A stretch of 38,998 nucleotides of DNA from positions 1-38,998 of the IMG/VR virus record IMGVR_UViG_3300017694_000011; one strand, 5' to 3'. The stretch's first letter is position 1. Each line of letters starts with the position of its first letter. Origin of the DNA: a virus. This document shows, piece by piece, positions 1-7,352 of the stretch. The position numbers and the translations under genes were made by a program. Below the pieces are notes generated by a model that made no database searches, had not been told where the DNA came from, and saw nothing but the letters and a program-made list of their open reading frames with translations.

Positions 1-123
1 CATGCGGGCACCCGCTTGGTGCGCAGGTAAATCGCGAAGGCGACGTTGATGGCGAAGGCAAGAGTAAGGGCTACGGCCCAACCGGCGCTATGGGCCGTCA
101 GAGCACCCCTTAGACAGAAGCCA
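1..123. repeat. Left copy of a 123-bp direct terminal repeat, identical to 38876..38998
   Basis: Read by eye: catgcgggcacccgcttggtgcgcaggtaaatcgcg...gagcaccccttagacagaagcca occurs base for base at both window ends. Confidence 0.95.
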
Positions 124-152
124 GCAACGAAACAGTTAGACATTGCGGTCAT
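1..152 (-). CDS. Small hydrophobic protein; the CDS crosses the window junction (50 aa in the circular reading: MTAMSNCFVAGFCLRGALTAHSAGWAVALTLAFAINVAFAIYLRTKRVPA)
   Basis: Own minus-strand translation. ATG at 152 is preceded by GGAG 7 nt upstream. The stop TGA is only complete in the other repeat copy (38875-38877). Below the ORF-track length cutoff. Confidence 0.5.
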   Translation of the reverse strand, partial: MTAMSNCFVAGFCLRGALTAHSAGWAVALTLAFAINVAFAIYLRTKRVPA

Positions 153-360
153 CGCGGTTCTCCCGTTCGATCATCGCCCAAATGCGCTCGCGGCAATGCG
201 CGTCACGCTGGGTCAGGCGTTCGTTCATTTCGGCTTGGCGGACGGCGCGTTCGGCTTCGAAGGGAGCCGGGTTGCGCCAGTAGCGCTCTAGGTTCGGGAC
301 CAGCAGCGGGGCGCCGCCGATGAAGGTCATCCCCGCGCGGTTCGTGGTTTCGAGTATCAT
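136..360 (-). CDS. Hypothetical protein, 74 aa (MILETTNRAGMTFIGG...)
   Basis: Internal ATG of track ORF 136..573. GAGG lies 5 nt upstream and there is an ATGA overlap with the upstream gene stop at 357. The longer N-terminal extension is Arg/Pro-rich and looks non-coding. Confidence 0.6.
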   Translation of the reverse strand: MILETTNRAGMTFIGGAPLLVPNLERYWRNPAPFEAERAVRQAEMNERLTQRDAHCRERIWAMIERENRDDRNV

Positions 361-521
361 GCTGACCTCACGAGAAGATCGTCGGCCTCGCGCAAAGCAC
401 GACAGGCAATGCGAAGGTGTTCGATGGCGGGAGCGTCCGGCGCGTTGGCTAGGAGAATGCCTAATCGGTGCTGGATGTGCTCGAATGCGGCGTAGAGCTG
501 CGCGCTGTTCCACGGCCTCAT
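357..521 (-). CDS. Hypothetical protein, 54 aa (MRPWNSAQLYAAFEHIQHRLG...)
   Basis: In-frame ATG of track ORF 357..602, with ATGA overlaps at both ends (518-521 and 357-360). Confidence 0.55.
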   Translation of the reverse strand: MRPWNSAQLYAAFEHIQHRLGILLANAPDAPAIEHLRIACRALREADDLLVRSA

Positions 522-829
522 ACCGACGCTCCCGTGGCACGGGCGATGGCGGCGGATGCACGGACGCAGGCATCCTTGGACGGCAGATGGGTGTCCGGCC
601 ATTCCGCCATCAAGGCTTTCAACGCCTCCAGCAAATCCGGGCTGGCCGCGATCAAATGAGCGTTGGCGCGCTCCTCTGCCGCGCTGCCTTCAAGCTTTTC
701 CAGCTTGCAGACGTCCCATTTGCCCTTCTCGCCGTAGCGGGTACAGGGCCAAGCCGGATGGCCGACGATGCTGATTTCATAGTCATCGGTAGTGTCGTCG
801 ATGACCCAAGGTCCCGGTGTATGTCCCAT
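518..829 (-). CDS. Conserved-looking small phage protein of unknown function (GPW...ANAHLIAASPDLLEALK motif)
   Basis: Track ORF of 103 aa with GGAGG 8 nt upstream of the ATG. The HTPGPW / ANA.LIAA.P.LLEAL pattern is one I recognise from many proteobacterial phage hypotheticals. Confidence 0.75.
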   Translation of the reverse strand: MGHTPGPWVIDDTTDDYEISIVGHPAWPCTRYGEKGKWDVCKLEKLEGSAAEERANAHLIAASPDLLEALKALMAEWPDTHLPSKDACVRASAAIARATGASV

Positions 830-832
830 CTC

Positions 833-1162
833 TCAATCCTCCATTCCCACAGGGCGCGCGACTGCACGGCGCTCTCCTGCGGCGATTGCTGCGTCGATGC
901 GGGGGCCGTGGGCGTTTTTGCCCAGCCAAATCAGCGCGTTGGTGGCGGCGAAGTGCTGCTTGGCTGCGATGGCCTTTGCCCAGCCCTCGACCTTGACGAG
1001 ACACTGGCGGGCTTCCTCGCGGACGCACTGGTCAGCGCCATGCTCGATCGCCACCGCCAGCCCAGCCCGATACCGCTCGATCAGCAGCGCAGCAGCACGC
1101 GCCTCGCGGTCGTCGGCGGCTTCGCATAGGGCGGGGGTGATGCGGGCAAAGGGGGCGTTCAC
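833..1162 (-). CDS. Hypothetical protein, 109 aa
   Basis: Track ORF with an ATGA overlap to the upstream gene (1159-1162) and plausible helical composition. Confidence 0.65.
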   Translation of the reverse strand: MNAPFARITPALCEAADDREARAAALLIERYRAGLAVAIEHGADQCVREEARQCLVKVEGWAKAIAAKQHFAATNALIWLGKNAHGPRIDAAIAAGERRAVARPVGMED

Positions 1163-1395
1163 TTCGCGCGCTCCGCCAGCATGGCGTCGGCGATCTCGTA
1201 GGCAAGCGCGGCGGTCGCGGATGCGGTCAGCTTAGCTTCGATACGAGCGCTCTTATTGACCGCAGTGAAAACCGATGGCGCGAGCTGCCCCGCGAACCAG
1301 TCCCGAACAGTCAGCCCAGAACGGTCATTGGTGTATGCGCTAAACTCGGACTGCGGAAACGCCGCCCCGCCGCCCACCGGGCTGGGGGTGGTCAT
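1159..1395 (-). CDS. Hypothetical protein, 78 aa
   Basis: Track ORF with ATGA overlaps on both sides. Confidence 0.65.
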   Translation of the reverse strand: MTTPSPVGGGAAFPQSEFSAYTNDRSGLTVRDWFAGQLAPSVFTAVNKSARIEAKLTASATAALAYEIADAMLAERAK

Positions 1396-1565
1396 GCCAT
1401 GCGTCCTCGCTCAAGAGTGTACTGGATAGCCATCAACACATTGTCTGCGGGGCGGCATTGTGGGTCGCTATTGAAGTATGCGGGGTTACAGTAGAAACCC
1501 AACATTAGCTTATATGCGTCCGGAAATTTTTCTTTCAGGGGAACGGAGTCAATGTTGTCGCCCAT
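1392..1565 (-). CDS. Hypothetical protein, 57 aa (MGDNIDSVPLKEKFPDAYKLM...); first gene of the leftward array
   Basis: In-frame ATG at 1565 with GGAGG 5 nt upstream (alternative ATG at 1577 has no SD). The gene body is visibly more AT-rich than its neighbours. Confidence 0.55.
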   Translation of the reverse strand: MGDNIDSVPLKEKFPDAYKLMLGFYCNPAYFNSDPQCRPADNVLMAIQYTLERGRMA

Positions 1566-1684
1566 CTCATCCTCCATCGCCGAAGCGGTCTTTGTTGATG
1601 AGTGATATGTGCGACATGCGGGGCGGGGTGTCAACAGCAATTTATCACTAGACACGCATTTAATTGCGAAGCATATGTATCTTC
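1566..1684. promoter_or_regulatory. Divergent early control region
   Basis: A 119-bp gap separates divergent genes. It holds a 7-nt inverted repeat AGTGATA (1601-1607) / TATCACT (1643-1649). On the minus strand a perfect TTGACA (rc of 1629-1634) is followed by a 17-nt spacer and CACATA (rc of 1606-1611). CGCA-tttaat-TGCG lies at 1655-1668. There is no SD before the ATG at 1685. Confidence 0.45.
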
Positions 1685-1888
1685 ATGGAAACCAACACAC
1701 CCCAGGCGAAAGCCATTGCCGACGTGGAGCGCCGCGCGTTCGACGCTCGCATTACCATGCGCAACCTCTGCGATCGAGCAGGGGTGTATCAAGCTACATG
1801 GTCAAGGGCCAAGGCGCGTCGGGCTGTTTCCATTGACGTTCTGCTCCGCATGGAGCGCGCATTAGAAAAAGTGGAGAGCCAAGCATGA
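1685..1888 (+). CDS. Cro/XRE-like helix-turn-helix regulator, 67 aa
   Basis: METNTPQAKAIADVERRAFDARITMRNLCDRAGVYQATWSRAK... has an HTH-like core (ITMRNLCDRAGVYQATWS). It is the first gene of the rightward block. Confidence 0.6.
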   Translation: METNTPQAKAIADVERRAFDARITMRNLCDRAGVYQATWSRAKARRAVSIDVLLRMERALEKVESQA

Positions 1889-2019
1889 CACCCGAAATCT
1901 ACATCATGGCCGCTATCTCGGCGGCTATGGCATTGGCGCTTATCTGCGTGATGTGGAACGCGCCCATGGGCTACGAGGATCACGAAGGCTTCCACCTTGG
2001 ACGGGAGCCGGGGGAATGA
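1885..2019 (+). CDS. Small membrane protein, 44 aa (MTPEIYIMAAISAAMALALICVMWNAPMGYEDHEGFHLGREPGE)
   Basis: Own translation, below the ORF-track cutoff. One clear TM segment and ATGA overlaps at both ends (1885-1888, 2016-2019). Confidence 0.5.
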   Translation: MTPEIYIMAAISAAMALALICVMWNAPMGYEDHEGFHLGREPGE

Positions 2020-2699
2020 CCAACAAGCCCGGTGTGTACCTGAAAGTACCAGATGATTTTGCTGACTTAGGCAAAGGCATGTCGGTCAAGGCAGTATGCC
2101 GCAAATGGGGCGTCGGCATGACAGTGGCTCAGCGGTGGCGGCGAGAGGCTGGCTTTGTCACGGGCAAATCCTGCGCATTCAAGCATATGCCGGACGATTT
2201 CCCCGAAGCCGCAAAGGCAATGTCGGTAAAAGCAATTTGCCACAAATGGTCCATATCGGACGACACCGCACGCCGCTGGCGCAAAGAAGCAAGCTTCGGA
2301 CGTCCGAGCAAGATGCCGGCGCTTAGCTCGCAGCAGCTACAGCATCTGGCCGACACCACTACCTTGAAGGAAGCCGCCGCCCAATACGGCATCAGCGATA
2401 GGTCGATGAGCAAGCTGTATCGGGCAGCGGGGGTGATCCATAAGCAGAAGCGATCGAGGCGGGTGGTGGCGTTGGTGCCTACGGTTGTGCGCCGTCCGGT
2501 TTACAATGCCTTGGAGCAATACGCCAAGGACTGGATACAGACGCAAGAAGCAATCTCCCGCTGTCGGCAAGATGGCTCATACGACCACACGGGCGCCTAC
2601 TTTCATTTCCGCAATAGGATTTGGGATGGCTCTTCTTTGGTAAAGAAGGCTCTGGATATGGGGTGGAAACCTGAACTGGCTTGGAGTGTGGCGGCGTGA
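2016..2699 (+). CDS. DNA-binding protein with three tandem HTH-like modules, 227 aa
   Basis: Internal repeats PDDFADLGKGMSVKAVCRKWGVGMTVAQRWRREAGF / PDDFPEAAKAMSVKAICHKWSISDDTARRWRKEASF, plus a diverged third module (TLKEAAAQYGISDRSMSKLYRAAGV). Start chosen at the ATGA overlap. Confidence 0.6.
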   Translation: MTNKPGVYLKVPDDFADLGKGMSVKAVCRKWGVGMTVAQRWRREAGFVTGKSCAFKHMPDDFPEAAKAMSVKAICHKWSISDDTARRWRKEASFGRPSKMPALSSQQLQHLADTTTLKEAAAQYGISDRSMSKLYRAAGVIHKQKRSRRVVALVPTVVRRPVYNALEQYAKDWIQTQEAISRCRQDGSYDHTGAYFHFRNRIWDGSSLVKKALDMGWKPELAWSVAA

Positions 2700-3301
2700 T
2701 TGCGGCTCTCTACGTCGAGACAGGTGGCTGTTACTTCGGGCTGCCCGGTGTCGATCCTTGGGACGAAGCGCGCGATGCCCGCCGCTATGATGGCCCGCAC
2801 CCGGTCGTTGCGCATCCACCGTGTCAGCGGTGGGGTAACTTCTGGTTCGGCGGCACACAGCCCAACAGCAAGCGTTACAAGCTGGGGGATGATGGAGGGT
2901 GCTTCAAGGCGGCATTGTCTTCTGTGCGCAAGTATGGCGGTATTATCGAGCATCCTGCTGGTAGCCGCGCATGGGCATACTTTGATTTGGCTACCCCGCC
3001 AGCGGATGGCGGATGGGTAGCGGCAGATTTTGTAGGCGGATGGACGTGCTGCGTCGATCAAGGCTCCTACGGCCACCGCGCTCGCAAGTCGACGTGGCTT
3101 TATGCGCACAGTGTAGACCTTCCCAGCCTGCGATGGGGGCGTGTTGAAGGCGAATTCATGCTGCTGCGCGCCATGTCGAAGGGCCGGATGACCGAGCGTG
3201 GCTTGTCAGATCACGCACCTGTTGTACGCCGCAAGGAGTGCATTGCCACACCTCCGGCCTTCCGCGACCTCCTAATCTCCATCGCAATATCAGCCGCGTA
3301 A
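2696..3301 (+). CDS. Compact C5-cytosine-methyltransferase-like protein, 201 aa; function uncertain
   Basis: GTG start in a GTGA overlap. Motif-like strings appear in C5-MTase order: ALYVETGG (motif I-like), WDEARDARRYDGP (II/III-like), HPPCQRWG (motif IV PCQ with Cys), IIEHPAGS (ENV-like). It is too short to carry a normal TRD. Confidence 0.4.
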   Translation: MIAALYVETGGCYFGLPGVDPWDEARDARRYDGPHPVVAHPPCQRWGNFWFGGTQPNSKRYKLGDDGGCFKAALSSVRKYGGIIEHPAGSRAWAYFDLATPPADGGWVAADFVGGWTCCVDQGSYGHRARKSTWLYAHSVDLPSLRWGRVEGEFMLLRAMSKGRMTERGLSDHAPVVRRKECIATPPAFRDLLISIAISAA

Positions 3302-3562
3302 CTCCGCCCTGTAGGGCCATATCCTACGCAATTCAGCCTCAACATACGGACGAACAAGGGGCGGCACCTTTTGCAGGGCCGCCCTTCTTTCGTCTGCTGT
3401 GTCCATCCTCAAGAGCTCAACAGCCCCTTGGTAGATCGGGAAGCGTGCCCAGGATTGGATGGGGGTGGGGGCTTGATCCATCCTGATCTGGCCCGACAGG
3501 ATCAGCGACAACCATTGCTGCGGGGTCTTTATTTCTGTGACCACGCCAGAAACGCCTCCCAT
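3290..3562 (-). CDS. Hypothetical protein, about 90 aa; last gene of the replication block
   Basis: In-frame ATG of track ORF 3290..3646. Start is uncertain (a GTG six codons downstream is also possible). Its 3' end overlaps the convergent gene 2696..3301 by 12 nt. Confidence 0.45.
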   Translation of the reverse strand: MGGVSGVVTEIKTPQQWLSLILSGQIRMDQAPTPIQSWARFPIYQGAVELLRMDTADERRAALQKVPPLVRPYVEAELRRIWPYRAELRG

Positions 3563-3939
3563 GCTCCCACGGCGCCTAGCGCGACACAGGCGAATGCGCC
3601 GGCATCCCGTGCGGCTTCCAGATATTCGATCTGGCCGGGTTGCCACTGAGATAGGGTGTGGTCCTGCCGCTTTACCTCACACACGAACGAGGGTGCGCCC
3701 GGTATGATGATATCAGATGCGCCGGGGGTCATGCCTTCCGCCTTGTGTTTCACGACGGTAGCGAACTGGCCCTTCTCTTTCAGGCCTTCGTTGCGCGGGT
3801 GCAAAGCCAAGCGTCCGTAGGTATCAGGATACTCCCTTCGCAACCTGCTAAAGAAAGACGCCTGCTCCACATGCTCCAGCGGGCACTTGCCCCGGAACGA
3901 CAGGTCGCCGAACACGCGCACGCCATCTGGAAACTTCAT
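3529..3939 (-). CDS. VRR-NUC domain nuclease
   Basis: 136 aa with a PD-(D/E)XK-type core (GASDIIIPG...FVCEVKR). ATGA-coupled to the helicase, the usual helicase plus VRR-NUC phage pairing. Confidence 0.8.
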   Translation of the reverse strand: MKFPDGVRVFGDLSFRGKCPLEHVEQASFFSRLRREYPDTYGRLALHPRNEGLKEKGQFATVVKHKAEGMTPGASDIIIPGAPSFVCEVKRQDHTLSQWQPGQIEYLEAARDAGAFACVALGAVGAWEAFLAWSQK

Positions 3940-5741
3940 GCTGCCATACTCTCCGGGGTGTCGACGGGCATATTGTAGGCCAGGATACGATAGAAGTTGC
4001 TATCGCGATCCTTGACGTACGATATCGTTTCAGGGGTGCCGTGGCGGGTTGCCTCATCGAAGCGCCGCCAGTCATCTCGCGCCTTGGGGAAAGTCGCTTC
4101 CGGCTGATGCCATGTGCTGAATTTTCTGTGGGGCGTTACCCAATCGGCGCGCACGGTGGCATTACCCTTCTGCGATACAGACTCTTTCGTCACCACAGAC
4201 AGCACCACATCCGTCTGCGGCTGGTGCGGGTCTTTCTTCTGCGCCTCGAATGCGATCGTAAGTCGCTCGTTCGGGTCGATGATTTCCGCTTTGCAGGACC
4301 GACAGAAGCGCGCGGCGATGTCATTCTTCTCCCCGCACGCCTCGCAGTCTTTGCTGGTCCAGTAATAGGCGCAGCGGTCGTACTCTGCCCCCACCTTCAC
4401 CAGCCCGTTGCAGCGGCGCCCAAAATGTCCGGGCATCGGTCCATATTCGGTCTGAACCTGTTCTCCCCACACATCGAGGCAATACCCGTGCTTGTCCAGC
4501 TTGTAGGATTGGCCGTCCGGCGTGGCGGTAAAGGCGTTCTCATAGCCGCAGGAAGGGCATTCTGCTTGGATGCCTTCGCCAGCTTCCGCTGCTTTCCCGG
4601 CCTTCACAGTTGGATTGTAGATATCACCATGCGGAAAGTGCCGATCATAGTTGCCGGCATAGTCCAGCCACAGGCAGTCCGCCTTGCCGTAGTACAGCCG
4701 CCATGCGCGGCCCAATATCTGGGTTAGCAAAGTGGCGCTTTCAGTATAGCGCAGTACCGCAATGATTTCGGTCCACGGGGCATCGAAGCCCGTGGTCAGT
4801 TTGCCCACCGATACGACATAGCGAACCTTCTGGCTGCGATAGGCGGCTACTGCGCGCTTCTCAGCGGCAGCGTCCATATCCCCCGTTACCATCACCGAAT
4901 TACCGGGAGGCAGCGAGGCCATGACTTCATGTGCGTGGGCGACGGTGGCGGCGAAGAGCATTACACCGCCCTGCCGCCCTTGGGCCTGCGCTACAACGTC
5001 CGCCACCACATGCGCGGTCTGACGTCCGTGGCCTACGAAGGCTCGCTCTACGGTGCTGTCGTCCAGGCGCCCGTTGGGTAGCAGGACCACGCCCGACGTG
5101 TCATACGACTGCGCGTTAATCTCGCCGACCACCATGGGGGTTATGTATTTAGCGTCCAACATCTCCTGCGCCGAGACGCGGTAGACGGATTTGGTAAAGT
5201 ACGGATCACGACAAACATCGTCCCCGTTAACCTTTCCATTCGGGTGCTGGCGAAAGATATAGCCCTTGCCCAGCAGGTAGGGAGTGCCGGTCAGGCCCAT
5301 TACGCGCAGGTTGGGATTTCCCGCGCGCATGGCGTCGATGATGCTCCTTATGGTAGGCGTCATGCCGTGGCATTCGTCGATGATGACTGCGCAGTAGCTA
5401 CCGTCATTGAAGCGCGAGATGGCGTTGACGACCGTACCAGGCGTCCCAAAAATTATGTGGTGCCTCGTACTCTTAGCCCCCGCCGACGCGGAAAAAATAG
5501 AAAACGGATGGCCCGTGTCTCGCATCTTCTCCGAGTTCTGCGCTACCAGCTTGGCGTTGGGTGCTAGGCAAAGGATGCGTTTGCCGCCGCTAATGGCGTG
5601 CAGCCGATCGGCGATATGCGCGATCATATGGGACTTGCCCGCAGCGGGGGCTGCGTCGATCAGGCAGGGGCTGGTGGTGGTGCGCATGTACGCCAGAGCG
5701 GCGTCGCAGGCGGCTTGCTGGTAGGGCCTAAGCACCGACAT
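3936..5741 (-). CDS. Superfamily-2 DEAD/DEAH-box helicase with C-terminal zinc-ribbon motifs
   Basis: Motif I APAAGKS, motif II DECH, motif III TGTP, motif VI QILGRAWR, plus CxxC pairs (CPSCGYEN, CEACGEKN...CRSC). Confidence 0.9.
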   Translation of the reverse strand: MSVLRPYQQAACDAALAYMRTTTSPCLIDAAPAAGKSHMIAHIADRLHAISGGKRILCLAPNAKLVAQNSEKMRDTGHPFSIFSASAGAKSTRHHIIFGTPGTVVNAISRFNDGSYCAVIIDECHGMTPTIRSIIDAMRAGNPNLRVMGLTGTPYLLGKGYIFRQHPNGKVNGDDVCRDPYFTKSVYRVSAQEMLDAKYITPMVVGEINAQSYDTSGVVLLPNGRLDDSTVERAFVGHGRQTAHVVADVVAQAQGRQGGVMLFAATVAHAHEVMASLPPGNSVMVTGDMDAAAEKRAVAAYRSQKVRYVVSVGKLTTGFDAPWTEIIAVLRYTESATLLTQILGRAWRLYYGKADCLWLDYAGNYDRHFPHGDIYNPTVKAGKAAEAGEGIQAECPSCGYENAFTATPDGQSYKLDKHGYCLDVWGEQVQTEYGPMPGHFGRRCNGLVKVGAEYDRCAYYWTSKDCEACGEKNDIAARFCRSCKAEIIDPNERLTIAFEAQKKDPHQPQTDVVLSVVTKESVSQKGNATVRADWVTPHRKFSTWHQPEATFPKARDDWRRFDEATRHGTPETISYVKDRDSNFYRILAYNMPVDTPESMAA

Positions 5742-6483
5742 GCGCCCTTATGCGAGCCATCGCCTTCGCCGCGTATTCCTCGTCGCGCTCGATGCAAATC
5801 CACTTACGTCCCGCGTTTTCCGCAGCGATTGCGGTAGTGCCGCTGCCAGCGGTGTTGTCGAGAACCGTATCGCCCTCGTTGGTGTACGTGCGGATTAGGT
5901 ACTCGAATAGGGCTACGGGTTTTTGGGTGGGATGAAGACCCGTTTCTGAATTAAATTTCTGGTGCGAAGACGGTACGCGCAATTCGGGTAAAATAGCAGA
6001 CATTCGCTCTGTGTTGCCATTTCCATAATTAGTCGTTGAGGCGAACCCTCCTCGGCTATTAAGTTTACCAGCAGCTTTTAACCCTCCGCCACTTCGTTCT
6101 TGCATTTGTTTATTGTAAGTCCACTTTCCTTTAGAAAAGGTCAATACGCTTTCGTGTTCTTTCATTGGCTCCCGAACCGTATTTGCAAAGTTAGAGCCCC
6201 GATGCTTAATCCATATCCATTCATGACGAAACATTTTAGGCTGAGACATCACAAGCGCGGATGTAAATGGCTGAGATGCAGTAAGAACAATAGCAGCATT
6301 CGATCTAGCGACTCGCCAATACTCCGCCCACAGCAAATTTAGTGGCAATACGCTATCCCATTTGTTTTGCGTTGTCCCATAAGGCAGATCGCACAGCACC
6401 ATATCAACGCTAGCATCGGGCAGCTTCGCCATCAGGTCAAAGCAATCACCCACGCCGAATATTCCATTTCCAATGCGCGGCAT
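5728..6483 (-). CDS. Beta-class N6-adenine/N4-cytosine DNA methyltransferase (PF01555-type)
   Basis: The order is catalytic DLPYG (DPPY-type), then a variable region, then HPTQKP and VLDNTAGSGTTAIAAENAGRKWICIERDEEY. ATG at 6483 shares one base with the exonuclease stop. The nucleotide composition switches within the gene. Confidence 0.93.
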   Translation of the reverse strand: MPRIGNGIFGVGDCFDLMAKLPDASVDMVLCDLPYGTTQNKWDSVLPLNLLWAEYWRVARSNAAIVLTASQPFTSALVMSQPKMFRHEWIWIKHRGSNFANTVREPMKEHESVLTFSKGKWTYNKQMQERSGGGLKAAGKLNSRGGFASTTNYGNGNTERMSAILPELRVPSSHQKFNSETGLHPTQKPVALFEYLIRTYTNEGDTVLDNTAGSGTTAIAAENAGRKWICIERDEEYAAKAMARIRAHVGA

Positions 6484-7352
6484 CACTTCAACCCCCAATA
6501 TTCCTGCCCCTTCCCCCGGTACGGCTCAAGGTCCGCGTCCGGGAGCAGCGCCTTCACGACCTTGGCATAGGCCACAGCCCCCGCCTTGCGGGTCAGCGTC
6601 AGCTTACGCCCTCCGATCAGCGCATCCCTCGAACCAGCCAGCGCCACCATCTCCGCCAGTAGGTCTTTCTTCCTCTCGGTCGCAAGATCGATCGCCTCCG
6701 ATAGCTGGTCATACTCCGCTACCATCTTGGCGGCGTCGGGGGTGTCGATGATGACGCGGAGGGGGGCTAAGTGGTCTTCGGGCGCCTCCAGTTCCGACAG
6801 ATACTCCGCATGAAACTGCTTCAAGCGCGGCAGATTGGCGTTCAACCATTCATCGTCACGATGCACCAGCACGCGATGTTGGCCATGCGGGGTCCACTGA
6901 TAGAACCACAGGGCATCCCAGCCACAGCACAGCATCTCGATCTGGCATTGCGCGGCGTAGTGCGGCTGGTCCGACAGCGGCTTGAAAGCGGGCGGGTCAT
7001 CATTCCTAATTCCATACGGGCATTTCACCTCAATACCCTTGCCGTCGCTGACCTTGCCGTCCGGGCTGGCTCCTAGCCAATCGTCGTACGGGACGAAGGG
7101 CATAGCCGTCACGGACTCGCCGTACGTCATCTCGAAATCCGCAATCGCCTGCGGCTCCATCGCCGTGCCCCATTGCGTCGCTACGTTGCCGGTGAACTCG
7201 CTGGGCGCGCCCTTGGCGGCACGAACCATTGAGCGCATTACGTCGTCGCGGGTCATGTATGGGGATAGACCAAGGATTGCCCCCGCTACGGAGCCGGTGA
7301 CGCGGCCTATGCGTGCGGCGTGCCATTCGGGAGAGCGTTGGGGGGCGGTCAT
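6483..7352 (-). CDS. YqaJ-type (lambda Exo-like) recombination exonuclease
   Basis: SPEWHAARIGRVTGSVAGAILGLSPY N-terminus and GIEVKCPY (ExK) motif; 289 aa. Confidence 0.85.
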   Translation of the reverse strand: MTAPQRSPEWHAARIGRVTGSVAGAILGLSPYMTRDDVMRSMVRAAKGAPSEFTGNVATQWGTAMEPQAIADFEMTYGESVTAMPFVPYDDWLGASPDGKVSDGKGIEVKCPYGIRNDDPPAFKPLSDQPHYAAQCQIEMLCCGWDALWFYQWTPHGQHRVLVHRDDEWLNANLPRLKQFHAEYLSELEAPEDHLAPLRVIIDTPDAAKMVAEYDQLSEAIDLATERKKDLLAEMVALAGSRDALIGGRKLTLTRKAGAVAYAKVVKALLPDADLEPYRGKGQEYWGLK

